Source: Camelus dromedarius
Lineage: Eukaryota
Assembly: GCF_036321535.1 (NCBI RefSeq)
Contig: NC_087437.1
Location: forward strand, 61,258,001-61,322,000
Direction of reading: 5' to 3'
DNA: 64,000 nucleotides
Positions 34,065-46,173 of this stretch are shown here, piece by piece. Made by a program: the position numbers and the translations under genes. The notes under the pieces are model-generated. The model was given only the letters and a program-made list of their open reading frames with translations, was not told the origin of the DNA and did not search any database. Position 1 is the first letter of the stretch. Each line of letters starts with the position of its first letter.

Positions 34065-35895
34065 TTAAATGCTGCCTACAAGAAACACTTTAAAGATACA
34101 GATTACTTGAAAGTCAGAAAATGGGAAAAAAGAAACATGCAAATTAGCATAAGACTAGAGTGGCTATATAAACACCAGATAAAATAGACTTCAAGACAAC
34201 AATTACCATAGATAAAAATGGGAACATTTCATGATGATAAAAGGGATAATTAATTGGGAAGATAGTACAATTTTATGTATGTAGGCTGCCTGACAGCCTT
34301 AAAATACATGAATTAAAAGTTACAGAATTGTGGGGAGAAACAGATAATTCTGCCAAAGTAGATTTTAACTTAGCAGTAAATAGAACCAGTTTATAAACCA
34401 CCTCAATCTAATTGACATTTATAGGACACTACATCTAACAACTGCAAAATATTTTTTCAGGTATGCATGGTAAATTCAAGATAGGTCATATGTTGGCTGT
34501 ACAACAAGTCTCAATAAATAGAATAGTACTGAAATTATAGACGGTGTATTTTCTGCTCACAATGGGATTAGAAGTCAGTAACAAGATAACCAGAAACCCT
34601 CTAACACACGAGGAAATTAAACAGCACATTTGTAACTAATTTATGTATCAAAGATGAAATCACAGGGAAATTAGAAAATATTTTGAATTTAATGATAATT
34701 ACAACATAAAATTTGTGGATACAGATAAAGCAGTGCTTTGAGATGCATTGCCTAATACAGCAGCCACCGGTCACATGTGATTAAATGTAATTGATTTAAT
34801 TAAAAAGTTTAATTCCTTAGACACACTGTCACCTTTCAAGTGCTCAGTAGCTACATATGGCAAGTGGCTACTATATTGGACAGTATAAAAGAGAATATTT
34901 CCATCACTGCAGAAAGTTCTGTTGCACAGCCGTGGCTTAGAGGGAAACTTGCAGTTTTAAATATTTACATTAGAAAAACATCTAAAATCAATGACCTAAA
35001 TTTCCACCTTAACAAGTTAGAGAAAGAAAAGCAAACTAAGCTCACATGAAATGAAAGAAAGAAATATAATAAAGAACAAAAGTCAGTGAAATGGAAATCA
35101 TACAATAGATAAAACTAACAAAGCCAAAATCTGATTCTTTGCAATGAAAAACAAAATTGAAAAACCCCAAGCCACACCAATCAAGATCAAGGGAAAAAAA
35201 GACAACACAATTACCAATATCAAGAATGAAAAGGTTATCATTACATACTCTATGGACATTAGAAAGTAATAAAGGTGTATCATGAACAACTATATGCCAA
35301 CAAATTAGACTGCTTACATGAAGTAGACAATGTATTGATAAATTCAATTTACCAAATTAATAAATGAAAAATCAGGACATCTGAATGGCTCTGTATCAAA
35401 TAAATAGAATTTATCAAAACTTTCCATAGAACTAGACTCAGTTTCAATGGTGAAGTCTATCAAACATTCAAGGAAGGAATATTACCAATCTTACACAAAC
35501 TTTTTCAGAAAATAGAGGTGGAGGAAACCACAATACAACATACCAAAACCTGACAAAGACATTACAAAAACAAAAATTACAGGAACAATGTCATGAATGT
35601 AGATGCAAAAATCTTTAACAAAATACTAGCAATATAAAAGGATAATATATTATGACCATGTAGGGTTTATTCTAGGAATGCAGGCTTAATAACAGTAATC
35701 ATTGTTAATAATACTATCACTGTACCCAGCAATCTCATGCCCAAGAGAAATGAAAACATAAGTCCACATAAAAATGTATATGTGAGAGTTCATAACAGCA
35801 CTATTCATAATAGTCAAAAATTGAAAACCCAAATGTTTATTACCTGATGAATGGATAAACAAAATGGACTATTATCTGACAGTAAAAACAAATGA
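34065..35895 (+). mobile_element. Degraded old L1 ORF2 (endonuclease to RT), interrupted by a MER3-like MITE at ~34745-34935
   Basis: A-rich L1-like sequence (GATAAAATAGACTTCAAG, GATGCAAAAATCTTTAACAAAATACTAGC) with many stops. Confidence 0.8.
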
Positions 35896-35896
35896 A

Positions 35897-36960
35897 ATGA
35901 CATCAGAGAAGACGGCAGGGTAGGAAGCCGTTTCTCCACCTAAACAACTATTGAGTTGTCTAAAGCAACGATTTTGAAAACTCTGAAGCCTAGTTAAACA
36001 CTTGGAATGTCCAAGGTAGAGCTTGATGAAGAGGCTGGTAAATTTCAGTAAATTCTAGCCAGTGTTGGTCTTTCACATAGTGGATACCATTCCCCAGCTA
36101 CCATCCTCTGCAGCAGGCAGCAGAGAGGAAAGACAGTGGCCCACATTCCTGGTGTAGCTTCCTGGAGCCAGCGTGGGCAACAAGTACCTTGTCCTCCAAA
36201 TATCAGGATTGTGTGTTTTGATTGATGATTACTGCTTTTGATCACTGAGGGGCCAGCACAGAGGCTGGTCACTGTTTCAACCCCATGGACTGAAGTGGTT
36301 TACAGAAGATTAGAGACAATATTTCCCTTTGGGAGCCAGACATTTAAGGAAATCTTTGTCAGGTCACTGGCTGAGTATGGAGATAAAACAGAAACTTCAG
36401 TGACCACACACCACAAGGAATATACACTTTGCAAAAATAGTTTGGAAGAGTCATAAACAATGGCTCCAGCCCTCAACAAGCAAGATTTACCAATCATTGA
36501 GGAGTAGAATAATAAGATTTTAGAATTAAGACAATATAATGTTCAACATGTCTATTTCTCAATTTTAAAAAGTTACAAGAAATGGAAACAGGAAGGTATA
36601 GCCCTATCATGGAGGAAAAAAAGAATTGGACAGAAACCATTCCCGAGGAAGCCCAGACATTGGAATTACCAGTTAAAGATGTTAAATCAACTGTGTTAAA
36701 TATGTTTAATGAGCTAAAGGAAGCTATGGGCAAAGAAGTAAAGGAAGTCAGGAAAACTACGGAGAACAAAAGAAAATATCAATAAAGAGACAGAAATTAT
36801 AAGAAGGACCAAACAAATTCTGGAGATTAAAAGTGAAATAACAGAAGTGAAGAATTCATTAGACATATTCAACATCAAGTTTGAACAGACAGAAGAAAGG
36901 ATCAGCGCACTTAAAGATAAAACAATTGAAATTAACCAGTCTGAGGAGTAGAAAGAAAAG
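35897..36960 (+). mobile_element. L1 5'UTR and ORF1 remnant
   Basis: ORF1-like coiled-coil peptide EEAQTLELPVKDVKSTVLNMFNELKE. Confidence 0.75.
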
Positions 36961-36961
36961 A

Positions 36962-39900
36962 GAAGAGGAGAGCGGCCAAGATGGCAGAGTAGAAAGCTCA
37001 CCTCCTCTCATAAGCACAGCAAAAATCACAACAATCTACAAAACAAGCATTGATGAAAAAGACTGGAACCTACCAGAAAAGATCTTCTACAACTAAACAC
37101 ATAAGGAAGGGACCACAATGAGATGGGTAGGAGGGGTAGAATCATGATATAATCATCCCAGATCCCCTTGGTGGGTTACCCACAAACTGGAGAATAATTA
37201 TACTGCAGAGGATCTCCCACAGGAGTGAGAGTTCTGAGTCCCATGCCAGGCTCCACAGCCTGGGGTTCCAGCATTGGGAAGACGAACCCAGACAGAGCAC
37301 TTGGCTTTGAAGGCCAACAGGGCTGAATTGCAGGAGCCCCCGGACTGGGGGAAACAGAGACTCCACTCTTAAAAGGCACACACAAAATCTCACACACACC
37401 AAGACACAGGGCAAAAACGGATTTAACAGGAGCCTGGACCAGCCCTACCTGCTGGTCTTGGAGAGTCTCCTGGGGAGGTATGGGGTGGCTGTGGCTCACC
37501 CTGGGGATGTAGACACTGGTACTGGACATGTTGGGGAGTTTTCAGCTGCATGAACACTGTTGCTGCCAGCAGCAGTCATCTTGGCTCATTAGTACCAAGA
37601 CCTGGTCCCACCCAACAGCCCATATGCTGGGACATCTCAGGCCAAACAACTAACTAAGAGGGGACACAGCCCCACCCATCAGCAGACGGGCTGCCTAAAG
37701 ACTTCCTGTATCCACAGCCACCTCTAGACACACCCCTAGACACAGCCCAGACCACCAGAGGGCCAAGACCCAGCTCCACCACCAGTGGAGAGGCACTAGC
37801 CTTTCCTGCCAGGAAGCCTGTACTAACCTCTAGACCAGGCTCACTCAAGAGGGAGCAGACACCAGAAGCAAGAAAATTATGATCCTGCAGCCTGCGGACT
37901 GAGTCCACCAACAAATAGCAGGCCAGACTCTACCCTGGGACCAGCTGGCAGGCCAATGCAACCTGTGAGACACCCTGGGCTCCATACCCAAATGTGTCAG
38001 GAAACCCCCCTCCCTTCCACCCAACAATCTGAAACAAGCTCAGGGATCCCTGGGCTCTGCAGTGAGACTCCAGGAACCAGCTCTGCCTGCCAGTAGTCTG
38101 GCACTAACCCCAGGATCTGGCTTCACCAGCCAGGGGGTGGGCAACAGCTCTAGAGTCTTTGAGATCCTGACTCCACCCACTGGTGAGCCAACAATAGTTG
38201 AGTGACTATATACCAGTAAAATGAACCACCTGGAAGAAATGGGCAAATTCTTAGAAAGGTACGATCTTCAAGTACTGAAATTGAATCAGTAATTTAAAAA
38301 CTCCTAACAAACAAAAGCCCAGGGCCAGATGGCTTCACAAGTGAATACTACCAAACAGAGAAGAATTAAACACCTATCCTTCTGAAACTATTCCAAAAAA
38401 TTGCAGAAGAAGGAACACTTCCAAACTCATTCTATGAGGCAGGATCACCCTGATACGAAAACCAAAGATATCACAAAAAGAAAATTACAAGCCATTATCA
38501 CTGATGAACATAGATGCAAAAATCCTCAACAAAATACTAGCAAAAAGAATCCAACAATACATTAAAAGGATCATACACTATGCCTAAATAGGATTTATCT
38601 CAGGGACACAAGGATCTTTGAATATCCGCAAATTTATCAATGTGATAGACCACATTAACAAATTGAATAAAAACTGTACGATCATCTCAATAGATGCAGA
38701 AAAAGCTTTTGAAAAACTTCAAAAACCATTTATGATAAAAACTCTCCAGAAAGTGGGCACAGAGGGAACATAGCTCAACATAATTAGGGCCATATACGAC
38801 AAACCCACAGCTAACATCATACTGAACAGTGAAAAACTGAAAGCATTCTAAGATCAGGAACAAGACAAGGATGCCCATTCTCGCCACTTTTATTCAATAT
38901 AGTTTTGGAAGTCCTAGCCATAGCAATCAGAGAAGAAAAAGATATAAAAGGAATCCAATTTGGAAAGGAAGAAGTAAGACTGTCACTGTTTGCAGATGAC
39001 ATGTTATACACAGAAAATCCTAAAGATGCCACCAGAAAACTACTAGAGCTCATCAATGAACTTGGTAAAGTTGCAGGATACAAAATTAATATACAGAAAT
39101 CTGTTGCACTTCTATATGCTAACAATGAAATATAGGAAAAAGAAATCAAGGGAATTTGGGGCTGTACCCTACAGGCCTGTACTTGACCAGCTTCAAGACT
39201 GAAGAAATAGCCTGAAGTCAGTGACAAAGAAGTCAATAGTTAAATGGATAGGGGGATCTTACACATCTGAAGTAAGGTCCTACAGCAACACCCCACAGTG
39301 TGTGGCAGATGGCAGTGGGCATGACAGAGCAGCAGTCGTTACTCCTGGGGTGAGGGGAGGTCAGCATTTATAGGGAGAATTGATGTCAGGTTGGCTCATT
39401 GGTTACCAGGGATACCAGCAGAGGGGTATGCCCCTCACTGCCACTGTGATAAGTGAAGTGAAGAGTTCTTATCTAAAGTTAGAACAATCACTAGCTGGGG
39501 TCTGGGCCAAGTATGTAGGAAGGCCAGTTGTGTGAACAGGGTGCAGGTGAAGCAGGCACTGGTTGAGCAAGGGATGTACAGAGAGCAAGAGAAAGCCATC
39601 ATGAGTGGCCTGACCATACAGAAACAATTCCATTTACCACTGAAGCCAAACAAACAAACAAACCCCTAGGAATAAACCTACCTACGGAGGCAAAAGACCT
39701 GTACTCTGAAAACTATAAGACACTGATGAAAGAAACTGAAGATGTCACGAACAGATGGAAAGATACACTATGTTCTTGGATTGTAAGCAACAATATTGTT
39801 AAAATGGCCATACTACTTAAGGCAATATCCAGATTCAATGCAATCACTATCAAATTACCAGTGACATTTTTCACAGAACTGGAACAAAAAATGTTTAAAT

Positions 39901-41480
39901 TTGTATGGAAACACAAAAGACCCTAAATAGCCAAAACAATCTTGAGAAAGAAGAACAATGCTGGAGGAATCTGCTCCCTGGCTGCAGACTATACTACAAA
40001 GCTACAGTAACCAAAACAGTATCATACGGGCACAAAAACAGACACATGGATCAAAGGAAAAGGATAGAAAGCCCAGAAATAAACTTATACACTTATGGTC
40101 GATTAATCTATGACAAAGGAGACAAGAATATACAATGGAGAAAAGACAGTCTCTTCAGTAAGTGGTGCTGGGAAAACTGGACAGCTACATGTAAAAGAAA
40201 GAAATTAGAACATTCTCTAACACCACATACAAAAATAAACTCAAAATGAATGAAAGACCTAAGTATAAGACTGGATACTACAAAATTCCCGAGGAAAACA
40301 TAGGCAGAACACTCTTTGACATAAATTGCAGCAATATTTTTTTGGATCTTTCTCCCAGAGTAATGGAAACAAGAACAAACAAATGGGACCTCATTAAACT
40401 TAAGAGCTTTTGCACAGCAAAGGAAACCATAAACAAACAAAAAGACAACTTATGGAAAGGGAAAAAATATTTGCAAATGATGCAACTGACAAGGATTAAT
40501 TTCCAGAATATAAAAACAGTTTACACAGCTCAATATAAAAAAAAAAACCAAACCCAATCAAAAAATGGACCAAAGACCTAAACAGACATTTCTCCAAGAA
40601 GACGGCCAATAGGCACATGAAAAGATGCTCAACATCACTATTAGAGAAATGCAACTCAAAACTGCAATGAGGTATCTCTTCACAATGGTCAGAATGGCCA
40701 TCATCAAAAAGTCTACAAATAACAAATACTGGAGAGGGTGTAGAGAAAAGGGAACCCTCCTACACTGTTGGTGGGAATGGAAATTGGTACAGCCACTATG
40801 GAGGACAGTAGAGAGGTTCCTTAAAAAACTAAAAATAAAGTCATCATATGATCCAACAATCCCACTCCTGGGTATGTATCAGAAAAGACAAAAACTCTAA
40901 TTCAAAAAGATACATGTGCCCCAATGTTTTCAGCAGCACTATTTACAATAGTCAAGACATGGAAGCAACCTAATGTCCATCAATAGATGAATGGATAAAG
41001 ATGATGTGTGTGTGTGCACATGTGCGTGCACACACACACACACAATGGAATATTACTCAGCCATAATGAGGTAATGCCATTTGCAGCAACATGGATGGAC
41101 AGAGAGAGATTATCATACTAAGTGAAATAAGTCAAATATCATATGATATCACATATGTGAAATCTTAAAAAATGACACAAATGAAATTAATTACAAAGCA
41201 GAAACAGACTCACAGACATAGAAAACAAACATATGATTACCAAAGGAGAAGGAGGGGGAGGGATAAATAAGGAGTTTGAGATTAGCAGATACAAACTACT
41301 ATATATAAAATAAACAACAAAGTCCTACTGTATAGCACAGGGATCTATATTCACTATCTTGTGATATACTATAATGGAAAAGAATATGAAAAAGAATATA
41401 TATATGTATAACTGAATCACTATGCTGTACACCAGACACGAACACAATATTGTAAATCAACTATACAATAAAAATTACAA
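36962..41480 (+). mobile_element. Younger L1 with 5'UTR, internal deletion of ORF1/endonuclease, disrupted ORF2 RT and 3'UTR
   Basis: CCAAGATGGC 5' start; ORF2 peptides [22 protein letters not shown]; 3'UTR and A-tail; frameshifted. Confidence 0.9.
39155..39620 (-). mobile_element. Solo LTR-like insertion within L1 ORF2
   Basis: Non-L1 ~465 bp splits the L1 sequence GAAATCAAG|GAAACAAT; minus strand begins TGTATGG and has CCCTATAAATG. Confidence 0.7.
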
Positions 41481-41499
41481 ATTTTCTGAGGCCAAAAAA

Positions 41500-41543
41500 A
41501 ATTGTACCTTCTATCAACAGATGACTGGATAAAGAAGATGTAA

Positions 41544-41583
<40 letters not shown>

Positions 41584-41972
41584 GGAGTACTATTCAGCCA
41601 TTAAGACAAAATTTTGCCACTTGCAGCAACATTGATAGACTTGGAGGGCATTTTGCTATGTGAAATAAGTCAGAGAAAGACCAATATTGTATGATATTAA
41701 TTAAGTGTGTAATCAAAAATACAACAAACTAGTGAGTAAAGCAAAAACAGAAGCCGACTTACAGATACAGAGAGTAAACGAATGGTTACCACTGGGGAAC
41801 AGGGGAGGGGAGAGAAGGTAACATAGGGGTTGGAGAGTGGGTGGTACAAACCATTGGGTATAGGTAAGATAGGCTCAAGGATATCTTGCAGAACATGGGG
41901 AATATAGCCAATATTTCATAATAAGGGTAAATGGAAATTAACCTTTAAAAATTGTATAAAAAATTAAAAAGA
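41500..41972 (+). mobile_element. Second L1 3' end containing an (AC)n microsatellite (41549-41581)
   Basis: GACTGGATAAAGAAGATG...CTTGCAGCAACA...GTGAAATAAGTCAGAG. Confidence 0.8.
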
Positions 41973-42016
41973 ATACCTGGATTTGGTAGTCCATTGGTCT
42001 CCAACTTCAACTCTAG

Positions 42017-42035
42017 GTGTCCACCAGGGGGCGTG
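42017..42035 (+). promoter_or_regulatory. CTCF binding motif
   Basis: GTGTCCACCAGGGGGCGTG; the core CCACCAGGGGGCG matches the consensus. Confidence 0.75.
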
Positions 42036-42499
42036 AGAACCCAGAACTAAGGCGCTTCATCCTGAATAGTCCACGTTGATCCGGGGCTTGTAATCTCTTG
42101 GCTCCTCTGACCTTTTCTCTATCTGGGCAGAGGGTGTAGGCGCCGGGGAGCAGCTGGCAGCACCTCCTGCCAATGCCCTAGGAAGGTTTTGAAACTGTCT
42201 GAACTGTGTGGGGGCAGGTGAGCCCAGCCCCGTGGCCAGCTCTGGGGAGTTCTGACTCTCTGGATAAGGTGAAGGCACGGTCTGTTCTTGGTCCTGGGAG
42301 GAAGCGACTTCAGTTAGCAGACAGCCCCATGCCTAAAAATTCCTTCAGAAATCCCTCCCTTCACCTCCACTAAGAGGCAAATGGTCCATTCCTAAGAAAT
42401 CTTATGCTTGTTGTCAAACTGATCGTTTGCTCAGATACCAGGTGTGACCCCACACCTCACTTCCCTCCCACCTCTGCTCAGGCACTGCGGGTACTCGAG

Positions 42500-42826
42500 G
42501 GAACCAGAACTTACCGTTTCTGGTTGCACGTGGAAATCACCTGGGAAACTTTTAAAACCTACGGATGCTGAGCCCCACCCTAGAGATTCCAATTTAATGG
42601 TTCTGGGGTGGGGCCTGGGCAGCAATGTTTTTAAAAGCTTCCCATGGGATTCTTAAACGCAGCATTATTGAGAATCTTTGAGTTCAAGGCCTTGCTACCC
42701 AAAGTGGAGGAACTTGACTGAAATGTAGACTCTCAGCATCCCCTTCCCAACTTGCTGAATCAGGACCTGCCTTTCAACGAGGTGCCCAGGTCACTCAGTG
42801 GCACACTGACGTTTGAGAAGCACTGG
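42500..42826. mobile_element. MER5-like MITE pair
   Basis: GAAATCACCTGGGAAACTTTTAAAA...; GTTTGAGAAGCACTG. Confidence 0.65.
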
Positions 42827-43017
42827 TCTACTCAGCACACTGTCCTGCCTCACCCATGCTCACCTCCCTGGCCCAAACCACAGCCTCCACAACTTTCTCA
42901 AGTTGGAGAACTGGCCTTCAGAAGTTTTGCCTACTGAAAGGAACACATTTTACATCAAGACGTAGAATGTGTATATACAATGAAACAAAAATATCACAAA
43001 AACCATACCTTTACTAT

Positions 43018-43646
43018 TGTCACTGAACCAAGCTTGGGAGCATGGGCCCGTGGGCAGTAAAACCAAGCTACTGACACGGGGTTGTGAGGAAGGAAAGAGA
43101 AGTGTTTACTGCAGCACGCCAGACAAGGAATCCAGGCAGCTAGTGCTCAAAAGACCTCAACTCCCCAGTGGCTTTCAGGGAAAGGTTTTTAAAGGCAGGA
43201 TGAGGGAGGGGGGTTGTGGAATGTGTGATCAGTTTGCGGAGACTCTTCCGATTGGTTGGTGAAGTAATTGGGAGTCAACATCATCAACCTTTTGGGTTCA
43301 ACTCACTTGGGGTCTATGTGCGTGTGGGCAGCATACAGTTAACTTCAACTTGGTGGGGGTTTCAGTATCTGCAAAACAGCTCAAAGGACAGGGCTCAATT
43401 TATAGCCCTTGAGGAGCAACTTTCAAAGGTCCGTGTCCTTGTTTAATGGCTAAACTATTATCATTTCTCATACTTGACTGTTTTCCGTTCTTTCTGCATT
43501 TTCTCACTTCTCTGATTAAATTTATTCTCTGGAACTTGGGGAAGGCCTAGGAGGCTAAAGTTTTTTCTACAGACAAGAGGCAGGCAGAGGACATGATGGG
43601 TGGGGGTCTGTCTGGGGAAGGCCGCAGAGGGTCCTGCTCTGTTACA
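43018..43646 (-). mobile_element. ERV1-type solo LTR
   Basis: TG...CA termini (TGTCAC / GTTACA), imperfect 4-bp TSD CTAT/CTAC, ~630 bp. Confidence 0.75.
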
Positions 43647-43825
43647 CTACCTGTGATGCACTCTCATCCATTCAATAAATATTGTTGGCACCTACTGTGT
43701 GCTCAGCATTGTTCTAGGTGCCTGTGCCAGTCTATTTCTGGACAAAACTCCCTGTTATTGTGGAGTTTACGTTCTGTGTGTGTGGGGGAGGGGGGGTTGC
43801 TCAGAAAGTTAAAAGTAAATCACGA

Positions 43826-43947
43826 GGGGGAAGATATAGCTCAGGGGTAGAGCATGTGCTTAGCATGCACGAGGTCCTGGGTTCAATCCCCAGTACCTCC
43901 ATTAAAATAAAATAAACAAACTAACCTAATTACCTTCCCCCCAAAAG
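43826..43947 (+). mobile_element. tRNA-derived SINE (Vic-1-like)
   Basis: TAGCTCAGGGGTAGAGCATGTGCTTAGCATGCACGAGGTCCTGGGTTCAATCCCCAG; TSD AAAGTAAATCAYGA at 43812-43825 and 43948-43961. Confidence 0.9.
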
Positions 43948-46173
43948 AAAGTAAATCATGAATATGAAAGGCATGCTCAAAGATTAATACATTTTCTTTT
44001 AAAACTTACATTTGGGAGACTTCCGGATGCTGGTTACATTCTGTTTCTTGAGCTGGGTGCTGGGTATAATCATTTTGTAAAATACCCAAGTCTTTGCACT
44101 TCTCTGGTTGTATGTTATATTGCAATGAAAAGTTCAAAACCTTATATTCTGATATTTTCTATTCTATTATTGTCCTCTTTCATTAAAAAAAAGCCAGTTA
44201 AAACCCACTAATTCAATTTTACCTCCCACTAATAGGTTCAAACTAGTTTAAAAAACATCGCTCTATTTATAAAACAAACAAACAAAAACCTTCAGGGCAA
44301 TCACTCAGCAGCATTGACCACTCCTGGCTGAGCACCCGCTTGCAGGTATGAGCCAGGCTGCCTTCACCACCCATAACTGCCTTCCTTGCCCTCCTGCTTA
44401 CCCTGCATACAAGCATCTCACAGTGGAGATTCTTAAGGGCACTGCCTCCAAGACTCCCTCAAGCAGCTTGAGCCGCCTCTGCTTAGAACTAGACCTGACA
44501 AGCCCTTCTCCCTGAAGAGTCACTCTGCTATGGGCAGCTCTCCTCAAATTCCAGATCTGGGAAAAGACTGGCACAGGCACGTTGGAGGGTTGGGGTTATC
44601 CCTACAGCTACCTCCTGAATCTCCTGAGCCTTGTGTTTTTAAGACTGCATCTCATTTCTTCCGTTATGCTGTGAGCCCTCTTTGGGAAGAGTAGTCTCCC
44701 CAGCTACTAGTACCAGAGTTGCAGAGAAGGAGACAGGCTCCGAGACAATGCCCCAGTGCTCAGTGTGGTGGTGAGGACAGTCCAGGAGCTGGGACTAGGC
44801 AGGATGGAAGAAGGGAGCAGGAGACCTCTTTCCTGTGAGCCTAAAGCTCCAGATAACCCTGTACTAGGGATGTCAGAGGCATGGGTCTGGCTCTTGAGAG
44901 CAACTGGAGGGCAGATGGAAGAATGGGGAATTGGGCTGCATGCTGGTTGGTCCTGATGGGTGATTTGACCCCTTGCCTTGTTTCATTTATAACTTGATTT
45001 ACCAGCAGAGAAATTGGCTCCAAATCAGTTGTTTGCATCTACTGATCCTAAAAATCTAGTCAGACCTGATGTTTCCCAAAGCTTCTGGCTTTGGTGTTGA
45101 TTTGTTGTGCCTTAGTGCTTCAGAGCAGACTGTGGAGTTAGAAAACTGGATGTGAATCTTGGCTTCACTACCACCAGCTGTTACTTAAGCATGTAGAGCC
45201 TCAGTTCTATCACCTGTGGAGTCCTGCCTGCCCTAGACCCTCTCTTGGCCCAGGTGGGGTGCATTCAACCTCCTGCTCAGTGGCGCTGGCTCCATGGGAA
45301 AGGGCATCCTTTATACACAATTATCAAACGATTTAGTAGAAAGTTGCCCTGCTCACCTCACAGGGAAGGATGCCATGACCCAAATCTATCCAGTCCATTC
45401 CCCCCACAGTGATCTAGAACACACCCCCTTCTCATTGCCCTACTGTCCTCAAGCCAGAGCCCTTGGGCTCAGTGCTAGAAAATAGGAGTGCAGATACAAT
45501 CATCCTTTACACAGTTCTCTGATGTCTGATCATTGGGACAGTTGTGTCTAGAGTTGTTTTATTATTATACCCATTTTATAGACGAGTACAGTCAGTAACA
45601 GGGCCAATGCACCTTAAGCCTTTGGGTGCTAAGCTATATCCAAAGACTGCCTCCTGTTGGACTAGGATCTGGGTATGCAGGTTGCACTGTCACTGGGAAA
45701 AGGAGCTCTCAATTTTCTCCTCCTTTCTGAGTAAGGGCCCAAGAGGGAGAAGTGCAGGAGGGAGGAAGGCCCCCTTTGCCTGGGACTGTTTCTGCCTGTA
45801 TTCCCACCAGGAAGTGTCACAGGTCTGAGCCCAGCTCTCCTTTATTCAAGTGCCCCCTTCTCTCCCTTGGCCCCAGAGAAAGGATAGAGGCAGCTCAGGT
45901 TCACAGGCCTCTGGGCTGCTGCTGAGAGATTAGGACTAGAGTCTCTCTCTGCAGTCAAACACTAACTGGATTGGTACCTTGGAAACTTTCCAAACTTCCT
46001 CATTTTAGAAACGAAGCAACTGAGGCCAGAAGGAAGTGATTTTTTTTCACGTTATCACATGGTAAGTCAGCAGCAGGTGAACTGCTGCTTAGCATTCGAG
46101 ACTCCTATTTCAGTGCTCCTCCATTGGGCCCGGTTGACTACACCAACTCAGTGTGAACTCCCTACCTTCTGCT

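Noticed and set aside
38200..40900. Reverse-transcriptase ORF fragments as an active or domesticated gene
   Set aside because: Multiple stops and frameshifts, an LTR insertion and a missing ORF1/endonuclease region indicate a dead L1.
43826..43900. tRNA-Ala-like sequence (also at ~1170, ~27700, ~33970)
   Set aside because: A-rich tails, target-site duplications and a broken acceptor stem mark these as SINEs, not tRNA genes.
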